Assembly: GCA_963695095.1 (NCBI GenBank)
Contig: CAVOFT010000001.1
Coordinates: 576,001 to 640,000 of the forward strand
Direction: 5' to 3'
Source of the DNA: an uncultured bacterium
GTDB taxonomy: Bacteria > Krumholzibacteriota > Krumholzibacteriia > JACNKJ01
DNA: 64,000 nucleotides
Both the position numbers and the translations under genes were made by a program. Every line of letters begins with the position of its first letter. Position 1 is the first letter of the stretch. Below the pieces are notes generated by a model. The model was not told where the DNA came from. It did not search any database and saw only the letters and a list, made by a program, of their open reading frames with translations. Positions 23,170-35,156 of this stretch are shown here, in pieces.

Positions 23170-26100
23170 TCAGCCGAGCCGGATCCGCACCTGGTGCGTG
23201 GCGCCGTCATCGGCGAGCCGCAGCGCGGTGCCGCCCGCCGGCAGGGGCTTGCCGTCAAGTTCGATCGCCGCGATGCCCCGCGTCACGCCGCGCGGATTCT
23301 CCACCGTCACTTCGTAGCGCGAGGCGCCGTGGCGAAAGCTCAGCTCGAAGCCGGGCCAGTGGCGCGGGATGCAGGGATCGAAGTGGAGGTAGGGCGCGCG
23401 GACACGGAAGCCGAGCAGCCACTCGATCCCGGCGCGGTACATCCACCCCGCGGCGCCCGTGTACCAGGTCCAGCCGCCGCGGCCCACCTGCGTGAGCTCG
23501 GCGTAGACGTCGGCAGCCACCGCATAGGGCTCCACCTTGTAGCGGTCTATTGCCGCCGGGTCCTTCGTCTTGAGGATCGGATTCAGCATGGAGAGCAGTT
23601 CGTGCGCCTTGTCGCCCTCGCCGAGGATGGCGAAGGCGATCGCGGTCCAGATCGCGGCATGGGTGTACTGGCCGCCGTTCTCGCGGATGCCAGGGGGATA
23701 GGCCTTGATGTAGCCGGGATCCTTGGCCGGATCGACGAATGGCGGCGTGAACAGGAGGACGAGCCCCTCCTCGCGCCGGACGAGCTGCGCATCGGCCGCG
23801 GCCATGGCCTTCGCCGCGCGCGCCGGGTCGGCCGCGCCCGAGATCACCGCCCAGGACTGGGCGATCGAGTCGATCCGGCACTCCGCATTCGTCGCGGCGC
23901 CGAGCGGGCTGCCGTCGTCGAAGTAGGCGCGCCGGTACCACTGCCCGTCCCAGCCATGCTCGGCCAGGGCGCCGGCGAGCGCGCGGGCATGCGCGCGCCA
24001 GGTGGCGGCGCGGCGCTCATCGCCGCGCGCCGCCGCCAGCGGCGCAAAGCGGCTGAGCGCGCAGTGGAGAAGCCAGGCCAGCCAGACACTCTCGCCGCGC
24101 CCGGCCGGGCCGATCGCGTTCATGCCGTCGTTCCAGTCGCCGGCGCCGATCAGGGGCAGGCCGTGCGCACCGACCGCGAGGCTCAGGTCCAGCGCGCGGG
24201 CGCAGTGCTCGTAGAGCGTGGCTTGCTCCGTCGACTCGCGCGGCTCGAAGTAGGACTCCTGCTGCCCGGCCGCGAGGAGAGGGCCGTCGAGGAAGGGCAG
24301 TAGCTCGTCCAGGATGGCGCGATCGCCCGTCGTCTCCAGGTAGTGATCCACGGCGTAGGCCAGCCACACGGGATCGTCGGCGATGCGCGTGCGGGTGCCC
24401 CGCCCGGAGGGGGCGTGCCACCAGTGCTGGACGTCGCCCGGCAGGAACTGGCGGGAGGCGGCGAGGAGCAGATGCGCGCGCGTGATCTGAGGCGCCGCGA
24501 CGGCCAGGGCCATGGCGTCCTGGAGCTGGTCGCGGAAGCCGAAGGCGCCCCCGGCCTGATAGGTGGCGGCGCGCGCCCAGACCCGGCAGGCCAGGGTCTG
24601 GTAGAGCAGCCAGCGGTTGAGCAGGATGTCCAGCGCGCGGTCGGGGGTGCGCACCTGGACCGCGCCCAGGATCTCCTCCCAGCGCTCCGCGACGGCGCGC
24701 AGGCTGGCGTCGAGGTCGGCCCGGCGGTAGCGAGCGACCAGGGCCGCCGCGGCCTCGGCATCGGCCGCATCGCCGAGCAGGAAGACGATCTCGGCGCGCG
24801 CGCCTGGCGCCAGCTCGACCACGGCCTGCAGCGCGCCGCAGGGGTCCAGGTCGGCGCCCAAGCGCCCCGACAGCCGCACGCCGCGCGCGAGGCCGGCCGG
24901 CCGGCCGAGATCGCCGTGGCGCCCGAGGAACTCGGTGCGATCGCCGGTCCAGGCCGTCTGGGCACCGCAGAGATCGGCGAAAGCCACGCGGCCCCCGAAG
25001 TCGCGGTTCCAGGCGTTGCGCGCGAGCAGCGCGCCAGTGAGCGGATCCAGGCCCGTGACGATGTAGGGCGCGGAGCCGCTGCGCGAGACGCCAAGCACCC
25101 ATTCGACGTAGGCGGTCACGGACAGCCGCCGCCGGCGGCGTGATGCGTTCACGAGGCTGAGCCGGCTCACCTTGATGGGATCATCGCCGGGGACGAACTG
25201 CAGCAGCTCCAGCGCGATGCCATGGGAGCTATGCTCGAAGCGGCTGTAGCCCTGGCCATGGCGAGCGATGTAGGGCTCGCCGGTCTCCCGAATCGGCAAC
25301 GCCGTCGGGCTCCATAGCTCGCCGGTGTCCTCGTCGCGGACGTAGATGGCCTCGCCGGGCGGATCGCTCACCGGATCGTTCCCCCAGGGGGTGAGCTTGT
25401 TCTCGCGGCTGTTGCCGGACCAGGTGTAGCCGGAGCCCGACTCGGAGACCAGGCAGCCGAAGACCGGATTCGCGATCACGTTGATCCAGGGAGCCGGCGT
25501 CTGCTCGCTGCCGGCGAGGATCGTCACGTACTCCCGACCTTCCGCAGCGAAGCCGCCCAGACCATTGGCGAACTCGAGCGCCGGCTGCGGCCGCGCTGCC
25601 GTGGGGGATGGCTTCGCTGCCACCCGCCGCCGGGGTGGCACGAAGCGGGCGGCGTCAGCGCCGGGCGAGCGTGCGATCTGCTCGGACAGGGTCCCCCGGC
25701 GATTCGACAGCACCGCGCGCGCCGCGGCGTGGAGCGCGTCCCGCTGGTCGGCCGGCAGCCGGCCGGCCTGCACGATGAACACGTTGCCCTCGAGTGCCCT
25801 TCCCTCGCCAGAGCGACGCGACTGGCTCGTCCGCACGAGCGTCTCCAGCAGGAGCTGCAGGTCCTGGGCATAGGAGGGCGCCCGGTCGTTGAGGATCACG
25901 AGATCGACGGCCAGCTGCTTCAGGTGCCAGTACTCGTGGGCGCGGAGCAGCTGGCGCACGATGCCCAGGTCCTCGGGTTCGTCGATCTGAACGACCACGA
26001 TCGGCAGGTCGCCCGAGATGCCCTGGGCCCAAAGGGCGGCCGGCCCCGCCGCGGGCCGCGCCAGCAGGTCGGCCGTCAGGCGCGGCGGCCGCTCCGCATA

Positions 26101-29100
26101 GAGAATCCGCCGCGCGAGGCTCTGGAAGTTGTGGGCCTCGTCGAGCCCGATGCCGGCGTGCTGCAGCTGCACCTGGGCCTGCGTCCAGGCGCGGGTGGCG
26201 GCGCGGTCGAAGGTCGCCGGGGCCCGGTACTTCTCGGCGAGGTCGAGAGCCTCCTCGCGCGAGGTCGCCACCAGCGTCGTGAAGGTTATCCGCGCCGTTG
26301 CACCCGGGCGAAGCCGGACCCGGAGGCGCAGGCTCACGATCGCGTCGAGCACCGCACCCACGGTGCCGGACAGGGGCTGGCCAGCGGTCATCGCCAAGGG
26401 CGCGCGGCTCGTACGGCCGCGGCCCAGGAAGCGCGCGCGGTCGGTTTCCCACTGCAGCTCGCCTACCCGTTGGCCTTCCATCGCCGCCGTGTGGGCCAGC
26501 CACACCTGCTGCTCGCCCGTCCCGCGCGGCCGCCGCGTCGCGAGCAGGGTGTCCAGCTCCGGCACGCACTCCGTGCTGACGAAGAGCTTGGCGAAGGCCG
26601 GATGGGCGGCGTCGGCCGCCGGCGGGGCCAGCACGACCTCGGCATAGGAGGTCACTTCGATCTCACGCGTGCGCGGTCCGATGTTCGTGAGCGACACCCG
26701 GCGCAATTCGGCATCGTCCTCCGGCGACACGATGACGTCGAGCGCCGTGGTGATCCAGCCGTCGCGCCGGGCGATCCGCGCCCGATCCTCGGCGAAGACG
26801 ACCTCGTAGCTCTCCGGCTCGGCGCCGCTGGGCTGGTAGCCGACCGTCCAGCTCTGGCCGCTGCGCAAGTCGCTCAGGTAGATGGGCATGCCCGCTTCAT
26901 CGCGCGTGACGTCCTCGTGCCAGCGGGTGACTGCGATGTCACGCCACCGGCTGTAGCCAGAGCCCGCGGCCGTCAGCATCACCGCGTAGCGCCCGTTGGA
27001 CATCAGGTGCGTGCGGACGGGCCCGTGGGGGGTCACGAATCGCCGCACGATGGGCGCCACGAACTCATGCACATCGGCGAGCGCCATTAGCTCCTCCGGG
27101 CGCGGCTCGGCCACCGCGACGTCGCGCGGGGTCCGTTCCTGGAGGAGCAGCTCGGCCGCCTGCATGGTCGGCTCGGCGTGGAAGCGCGCCCGCATCGCAC
27201 CTGCGTGCAGGACATTGGCGATGGCGACGAGCAGCATGCCCTGGTGGTGGGCCATGTAGGCGCGGACGACTGCAACGCGCCTGCCCGCGGGCAGGCGGGA
27301 GCCGGTGTAGTCGAGGGCTTCATAGAAGCCATAGGTGCCGAGGGCGCCCGCCTCGCGGAGCCGCCGGAAGTTGCGCGTGGCTGCTGTGGGATCGACCATG
27401 GCCGCCAGACCGGTGGCATAAGAGGCGACGACCATGTCCTCGCTGAGCCCGCGCCGCAGGCCCAAACCGGGTACCCCGAAGTTCGAGTACTGGTAGGTCT
27501 GCTCGAGATCGCGCGCGTTGTAGCTCGACTCCGAGACCCCCCAGGGCACGCCGCGCTCGACGCCGTAATCGATCTGCCGGCGCACGACGAGGCGCCCGGT
27601 CTGATCGAGCAGGCTGCCCACCGGCGTGCGCATCACGAGTTCCGGCATCAGGTACTCGAACATCGAGCCCGACCAGGAGACGAGAACGGCGTTCTGCGCG
27701 ACGGGCGCAAGCGACCGGCCCAGCCGGAACCAGTGTGCGGTCGGCACCTCGCCCTTCGCGATGGCGACGAAGCTCAGCAGGCGGGCTTCGGAGGCGAGGA
27801 GATCGTAGCGCCCGGCATCGAGGCTCGCGTCCGCCACCCGGTAGCCGATGGCGAAGAGCTTGCGCACGGGGTCGAAGAGGAAGGCGAAGTCCATGTCCGC
27901 CACCAGCGCCTGCGCGGTCCGAGCGAGGGCGGCAAGGCGCGGATCCAGCGCGGCGGTCTCCGTAGCGTCAAGGTCCTGCTGATGGCTGGCGAGGGTCGCC
28001 TCCAGGGCCTCGGCCCAGGCGATGACGTCGGCTGCCGGGCCGGCGTCGCCGTCCGCGCTCAGGCTGTGCGCCGCCGCCGTCACGCTGCGCGCGTGGAGCG
28101 GCGAGCTCCGCGAGGAGCCGGGACCAGGCTTCCCGGGTGCGCGCGCCGCCCGCCGCCGCCGTGGCGATGGCCGCTAGCGCGCTGTCAAGGCGGCGACGGC
28201 TCGCTCCCTGCGCGCCGGTGCCTCCCGGGAGGCCGTGGACCGAGTCGCGGACGAGTTGCGCAGTGTCTGCGATGCCGGTCAGGGCCGCCGCGATTTGAGG
28301 CCGCTGCCCCATCATCTGCAGGCATGCCTGCTGGACGGCGATGAGATGACCCGCGAGATTGCCGCTATCCACCGCCGACACGTAGCGCGGCTCGAGCGGC
28401 CGGCAGTCGGCCGTGTCGTACCAGTTCAGGAAGTGGCCGCGGAAGCGCTCGAGCTTGCCCATCGTCGCGAAGGTGGCTTCGAGCCGCGCGACGAGCTCGC
28501 CGCGTCCGATCCAGCCGAAATCCCGAGCAGCCACCGCGGACAGCAGATAGAGCCCCAGGTTCGTGGGCGAGGTCCGGTGGGCAACGACCGGGTGCGGATC
28601 CTCCTGGAAGTTGTCGGGAGGCAAGTGGTTGTCGCCGGAACCGACAAAGGTGGTGAAGAATCGCCAGGTCCGGCGGGCGATCAGCTGGAGTGCCAGCGCA
28701 TCCGCCGCGGACAAGGGGCGGGTGCGCGTGGCGGGCGAGGGCAGGCTCATCGCGCGTGCCGCGATCGGCGCGGCCGCCCAGAGCAGCAAGAAGGGCAGGG
28801 CGACAGGCCAGGCCGCCCACCTGCCCACGGCGAGGGCAATGGCGGCGACGAGGGCGAGGGCGGCGCCCCCGCTCATGCGCTGGTAGAAGCCGCGGAGATC
28901 GAGGCGCAGGCCCGCCTTCGCCTGGGCGGCGGTCACCCACTCCAGGAGATGGCGATGGGTCAGGTACACGCGAACGAGGGAGCGCAGCATCGCATCGGCC
29001 ATCAGCCAGGCCTGGTGCGCGAGCATCGTGATCGTGACCGCCGTCTGCGCGAGAGCAAGCCGCAGGTCTCTTCCCGCAGCGAGCGCATGGCTGCGCTTCG

Positions 29101-31779
29101 AGACGCCGGCCCGGCTGGGGAGCAGTCCGGCGAGACTCGGCAGGAGCGTGGGCAGGGCGATCGTCGCGACGACGAAGGTCGCCCAGGCCAGCGGCGAGGC
29201 GGCCGGCAGCGCCCAGCTCAGCGCGAGGACCAGGAAGCCGGCGGGCGCGGACAGGCTGCGCCGCAGGTTGTCCATCATCTTCCAGCGGCCGATGGCGGGC
29301 ACCCGGCCGCCGAGGATCCAGGGCAGCAACTGCCAGTCGCCGCGGGCCCAGCGATGTTGCCGGGCCGCCGCGACCCCGTAGTGCGCCGGCGCGCTCTCGA
29401 ACAGCTCGACATCGGTGACGAGTCCGGCCCGGGCGAAGAGACCCTCGAAGAGATCGTGGCTCAGGAGCGCGTTCTCAGGCACGCGCCCCGCCAGGGCCGC
29501 TTCGAAGGCGTCGACGTCGTAGATGCCCTTGCCCGTGTAGGAGCCCTCGCCGAAGAGGTCCTGGTAGACGTCGGACACGGCCGCGGCATAGGGGTCGATG
29601 CCGGAGGGGCCCGACGACAGGCGCTGGAAGAACGAGCTCTCGCTGCTCGGCAAGGGCGGCGTGACGCGCGGCTGCAGGACGGCGTAGCCCTCGACCACGC
29701 GACCGGACTTGGCATCGAGCCGCGGGTGATTGAGGCGATGCGCCATCGTGCCCACCAGGCGCTTGACCGCGCCCCGCGGCAGGCGGGTGTCGGCATCCAG
29801 CGTGATGACGTAGCGCACCCCGGTCGGCGCCGCGCGGCGGGCGATCGGCCGCGGGCAGGAACGAGGTGTCGGTCGCTCCGCGCAGCAGGCGGTTCAGCTC
29901 GTGGAGCTTGCCCCGCTTGCGCTCCCAGCCCATCCAGATCCGCTCGCGATCGTTCCAGCGCCGCCGCCGGTGGAAGAGGAGGAAGCGCTCGTCCCCGGCG
30001 TCCGGCATGGGGTGGCGCTGGTTGAGGCGCGCGATCCCCGCCCGGGCCATGGCCAGGATGTCCTCGTCGCCGGGCAGGGTCTCCGCGGGCGCGTCCGTCC
30101 AGTCGGAGAGGAGGGCGAAGCGGATGTCGCCGTCCGCGTTCGCGAGGTAGTGCACCTCGAGCCGCTCGATCTGCTCCTCGAGCTCGGCGGGGCTGGTCAG
30201 CAGGGTGGGCACGACGACCAGGGTGCGCAGGGACGGCGGCACCCCGTCGCGCAGCTCGAGGCGCGGCAGGGCGACCGGCGTGAGCGCCGCCGTGATGCCG
30301 CGGTTCAGCAGGGCGATCGCCAGATCCGAGGCCGGAAAGACAGCTGCCAGGCCGAGCAGGACCAGGGTCACGACGCCCGCGCCGGCGGTCCAGGCGGCAA
30401 GGAGGGGCGGCGCGAGAAGCACCAGCGTCAGGAGGGCACTGGCGCCCAGATAGCCGGGCGTCGCGCCCGCGAGATAGGCGCGCAGCAGCTTGCGCGCCAG
30501 CGGCTCGCGAAATCCGAGGGCCTGCTCGAGGGCGCGGCGGCCGTCGCCGATGAGGTGATAGCCGGGGTCGCCTCGGCGGTCATCCTCGCTCGAGCTCGCC
30601 GCCGCCAGCGCGATCACGCTCGCTGGGCCACGTCGAGCTCCGTCGCGCCGCGCGCCTCGCGCGAGCTGCTCGATGGCGTGGCGGTAGCTGTCGCGGGTGG
30701 CGAAGTCCATCGCCGCATAGCCGACGTCCGCCTGCAGCACGGCGTCGACCAGGCTGACGCTCTCGAAGAACTCCTTCCAGTCGAGCGCGGACATGAGGCC
30801 CATGCTCGTGATCACGTTGCGGACGGTGACGTTCATCGCGGCCTGCCGCTGGTGCTCGACGCGGACGATGTCGTCGGGCGTCGTGCCCTGGGCGGCCAGC
30901 CGCTCGGTCCAGCCAGACGCAGGGCAGGCGTCACGCCGGATCCTGATCGCGGAGGCGCTGGACGAGCTGCACGGCGAAGGCGGTCTTCAGCGGCGCCTCC
31001 TCGAAGTCTGGAGCGCCCACGCCGCGCTCTGTCGGGAGCGGCCGCCGAGGCCCGAGCAGCTCGTCCGCCAGGGCGTCGGCGTCCTGCCGTGCCGCGCGGC
31101 TCCGCGCACGATGCTCTCCGTGAGGCGCCGGAGATTCTCGACGAGCACGATGCGCAGGCTGATGGCGATCGCCCACAGCTCGCCGATGGTCAGCGGCTGC
31201 ACGCGTTGGTAGGCCTGCACGAAGCGGCGGAGAGTGTCCGGCTCGATCCGGCTGTCGGTGTGCGCGACGAAGGCCCAGGCGATGCCGTAGACCTGCGGAT
31301 AGCCGAGCGAGCGGGCCCGCGGCCAGCTTGGGCAGCTCGCGGTAGAAGCCAGGGGGCAGGTCCGTCGCGGATCTCGCGCAGCTGTTCGTCGACGAGGTGG
31401 AAGTTGTCGACGAACCACTCCGCCGCCGGCGTGATCGCGCGTTCCTCGCGGATGGCCTTGGCGATTGCGCGATACCCCTCGCGCAACACGCGGCCGTTCG
31501 CCTCGACGCGCGGCAGCAGCGAGCGCCCCTTGCGCGGCGCCGCGAAGACGGGCTGCGCGGTGGCAAGGCTCTCGGCGTGCTGCTCGAAGCGCTCGCTACC
31601 GAAGAGCTCCGCCCGGATCGGCGCTTCCAGCTGCTTGGCGGCAAAGGCCAGGGAATGGGAAGGGCTGGGTAGCCTGCGCAAGCCGTCCCGCCAGGCCACT
31701 ACCCGGCCGCGGTCGCGTTGCGAGCGGCATCGTCAGACGCGTGGCCTGAACAACTGCCCCGCGCGGACGGACCGTGCAT
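23170..31779 (-). CDS. ndvB: Cyclic beta-1,2-glucan synthase NdvB/ChvB/Cgs (glycosyltransferase, glucoamylase-like and GH94 phosphorylase domains); several frameshifts, start approximate
   Basis: PIRAELFGSERFEQHA; WMGWERKRGKLHELN; YVITLDADT; LLSHDLFEG; RQHRWARGDWQ; HRTSPTNLG; YDLLASEARL; SWSGSMFEYLMP; YQAGGAFGFRDQLQD; GDWNDGMN; GIRENGGQYTHA; GRGGWTWYTG. Confidence 0.92.
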
Positions 31780-31922
31780 CACTTCCTCCATGCCCGGGTT
31801 GTTGCGGCGCGTGACTCCTCGGGGATTCGCGAAGGCGGGAATGTCCGACGGCGCGGAGTATGGGCGAATCGGAGGTGCGACACAAGCACTCGCACCAGAC
31901 GGCGTGTCTCACTTGAATCCAC

Positions 31923-31953
31923 ATCATTGTGATGGAGGCGGCCTCACTCTGAT
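31923..31953. promoter_or_regulatory. Putative enhancer (UAS 3): two 11-bp boxes at 20-bp period
   Basis: ATCATTGTGAT-GGAGGCGGC-CTCACTCTGAT; even the spacer resembles UAS 1 (GGAGTCTGC). Confidence 0.7.
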
Positions 31954-32019
31954 CGCTTGGCCGCAGGAGCCGCGCGAGACAAGTCGCTGGCCAGTAAGCG
32001 GATGCATGCAGGAAACGCC

Positions 32020-32035
32020 AGGCACGCGGATTGCG
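32020..32035 (+). promoter_or_regulatory. Sigma-54 (-24/-12) promoter P3
   Basis: AGGCACGCGGATTGCG (GGCACG-N4-TTGC). Confidence 0.8.
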
Positions 32036-32161
32036 CTATAGCAAGCAGATCCACCACTCGAAGCAGCGCGATCTCGAACCGCGCAGGTCATTCACCGCGC
32101 ATCCGTCGCGCTCGCCGCGACACTGGCATCGCCGGGGAGAACCACCACCATCGCCGATCCC

Positions 32162-32452
32162 ATGCAGGTAGCGCTGATCGCGCTCGCACTCAACGCGTCC
32201 ATGCCCTGTGAAGTTCGCGAGATCGACACGGGTCGCCTCATCGAGACGGTTGTCGAGTACATGGACTCCACCGTCGGCCCGGTGGCCGGCTACGGAATCG
32301 CCGCGGTGAACGAGACGCCTGGTGCGGGCGAGCTGCTCGTCCTCCTCTGGCTGCCGGAGGATCCAACCGGCGTCGAGGTCCTTCCGCAGGAGGAACCGGT
32401 TGGGCAAGTCCCCGCCGGCGCCTGCGGCAAGTTCATCACCTGGGGCGACTAG
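32162..32452 (+). CDS. Hypothetical small protein
   Basis: Coding-like high-GC3 ORF downstream of P3; start uncertain; no family recognised. Confidence 0.45.
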   Translation: MQVALIALALNASMPCEVREIDTGRLIETVVEYMDSTVGPVAGYGIAAVNETPGAGELLVLLWLPEDPTGVEVLPQEEPVGQVPAGACGKFITWGD

Positions 32453-32515
32453 GTGAAGGCCCTGCGCCGATCGGCAGGAGAGGCTTCCATTCAACACTGC
32501 AAGAAGGAGTAGACC

Positions 32516-32918
32516 ATGACCATGTACAAGAAACTCGCCTTTGTGGCCTTCGCCATGCTCGCCGGCTCCGTGAGCGCCGCGAGCGTCGGCTTGGCGAACG
32601 AGGCCGAGCGTCACGTCGTCGTCGGCCAGGAGATCCAGGCCAAGATCGATCAGCAGCTCGGCCAGGCCGACGCCGATCGCCAGGCGATCCAGGGGCTGTT
32701 GCAGCGGGCGGACGTCCGCCAGATCGCCGGGGCTGCTGGGCTGGACATCGAGCGGGCCAGCGCCGCCGCTGCGGATCCTGTCGGGCCCCGCGCTCGAGCA
32801 GCTGGCGGCCCAGGCGAGAGCGGCCGACGCTGACCTCGCCGGCGGGAGCGACACGATCGTGATCTCGGCGACCACGCTCATCATCATCCTGTTGATCATC
32901 ATCATCGTCGCGAACTGA
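32516..32918 (+). CDS. PA2779-family-like exported protein ending in Gly-Gly plus a hydrophobic tail (one frameshift near 32773)
   Basis: AAGGAG RBS; signal peptide; DRQAIQGLLQRADVRQIA...GLDIERA. Corrected C-terminus LSGPALEQLAAQARAADADLAGG-SDTIVISATTLIIILLIIIIVAN*. Confidence 0.75.
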
Positions 32919-32930
32919 GGCCGTGCAGTC

Positions 32931-35022
32931 GTGAGCGCGCGGCGGGCAGCAGTTGGCTTTGCGTAGCGGCGGTCGCTCTTGCTTGGGCCGCCCCTGCCGT
33001 TGCCGGGGCGCCTGCCTCCTCGCCCGCGGAGGCGCGTAGCGCGCCGGCGCCGCTGCGCCTGCTCGATGTGCCCTTCGTTCCCCAGAGCGAGGCGCTGTGC
33101 GGCGGGGCCGCGCTCGCCATGGTCCTGCGCTACTGGGGGATGAGCGGCATCTTCGCCGAGGACTTCGCGGCGCTGGTGGAGCCGGGACAGGCGGGCATCC
33201 GCACCAGCGCGCTCGTGAAGGCCGCCCAAGCCCACGGCTGGCTCGCGATGCCGCTGCCCGCAGTCCGCGGTCGCGCTGCAAAGCCAGCTTGCCCAGGGCC
33301 GCCCGGTCATCGCCCTGATCCGGGTGAGCTCGGGCTCCTATCACTACGTGGTGCTCGTGGCCTGGGCCAACGGATGGGTGATCCTCCACGACCCCAGCCC
33401 TGGGTCCGTTCCGGACGCTGCGCGAAGCCGAGTTCGGCGAGGCCTGGTCCGGGAGCGAGAGCTGGGCGCTGCTGGTCCTGCCTCCCCAAGGACGCGAGGC
33501 GCCGGACGCAGCGGATTCCGCGGCGATCGCGCCGCCGGTGCCTGTGGCGATGGACGACTGCGGAGCACTTGTCGAGGCAGGCATCCGTCTGGCCGAACAG
33601 GGCGACAGCGCGCGGGCGGAGCTCAGCTTCCTGGCGGCCCAGGCCCTGTGCCCCGCTGCGGCGGCCCCGCTCCGTGAGCGCGCGGGCCTGCGCTTCCGCG
33701 CCGAGGACTGGGCGGGCGCGAGTCGGCTGGCGACGCATGCCCTGGCGCTCGACCCGAACGATGCGCACGCCAGGCGTCTGCTGGCCGGCAGCGCTTTCCT
33801 GGCCGGCGACATCGAGGGCGCTCTCGACGCCTGGAACGCCCTGGCCGAACCGCGAGCCGACCTCACGCGCATCGATGGCCTCAGGCGCGTCCGCTATGCA
33901 GCCGTGGCCGACCAGCTCGATCTGCCCCCAGGCGAACTGCTCACGCCGCAGGACTTCCGCCGCGCGGGCCGGCGCCTGGCCGATCTGCCGGCCCAATCGG
34001 CGCATCGGCTGAGCCTGCGGCCTCTGCCGCAGGGCATCGCGCAGGTGGACGTGTCGCTGCTGGAGCGCCCCCTCCTCGTCGCGGGCCCCTGGGACCTGGC
34101 GCGAGCAGGCATCAAGGCCCTCAGCGACCAGGAGCTCGCCGTCGACGTGGCCAGCCCCACAGGCAATGGCGAGCTCTGGTCGGCGGGCTGGCGCTGGTGG
34201 GAAGAGCGACCGCGCGTCGCGCTGGCGCTGGCGATTCCCGCGGTCGGCGGCCGGCCCGGGATCTGGCGCCTGGAGGGCTTCTGGGAGCGGCAGAGTTACG
34301 CGGCGCCCTCGCCTGCCGGCGCGAACGCCATGGCCGAGAGCGGGCTGAGCCGTGAGGAGCGCCGGCGCACGTCGCTCTCCTTCGCCGATTGGCTGGGCTC
34401 GGATCTCCGCCTCGAACTCGGCGCCGCCCTCGACAAGTGGGTCGATCGCGGTGCCTATCTATCGCTGGCGGGCGGTGTCGAAACGCGCTGGGCGGGCGAG
34501 CGGCTCGCGCTGGGCGCGCAGGCGGCGAGCTGGACCAGTCTCGCCCGCGGCGCTCCCTTCGCCGCCGGCGGCCTCACCCTCGCCTGGTGCTCGCGCGGCC
34601 TGGACAGCGGCGACGCCTGGCAAGGCCGCCTGGGACTTTCCAGTGCGTCGGCGGAAGCGCCGCTCGCCCTCTGGTCCGGCGCGGGAACCGGCCAGGGGCG
34701 TACGCCTCTGCTGCGCGCGCACCCCCTGCTGGTGGGGGGCGGCATCGACGGCCCCATGTTCGGGCGCCGGCTCGTCCATGGCACGATCGAGCGGCAGATC
34801 TGGCCATGGATGCTGGGGCCGCTTGAGCTCGGTTGGGCCTTCTTCGTGGACGGCGCCAGAGCCTGGGAAACGGGACGCGCCGACCGCGTCCCCTGGCAGG
34901 CGGACGGCGGTGCGGGCCTGCGCCTGCGGCGGCTCGGCATGAAAGGTCAGCTGCGGATCGACGCGGCCCTGGGCATGGTCGATGGCAGCTCGGCCATCTC
35001 CCTCGGCTGGCAGTTGCCCTGA
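32931..35022 (+). CDS. C39-like (PA2778-type) cysteine peptidase fused to TPR, POTRA-like domain and C-terminal beta-barrel; frameshifted, start approximate
   Basis: LLDVPFVPQSEALCGGAALAMVLRYWG (Gln/Cys); HYVVLVAW..VILHDP (His/Asp); TPR-like ALALDPNDAHA; RIDGLRRVRY..LDLPPGELLT (POTRA-like); Trp-rich strands ending SLGWQLP. Confidence 0.7.
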
Positions 35023-35156
35023 GTTGGATCGACAGCGTCGCGCGGCCTATTCTGCTGGCGGCGGTCGTTCCTTCCAGCGGGCCCCGGATCTAACGCCTGG
35101 CGACGGGCCCTCGCCCGCGCTATCATCGAGACGGCTCCTTGCCGGGAGAGTGTTGC

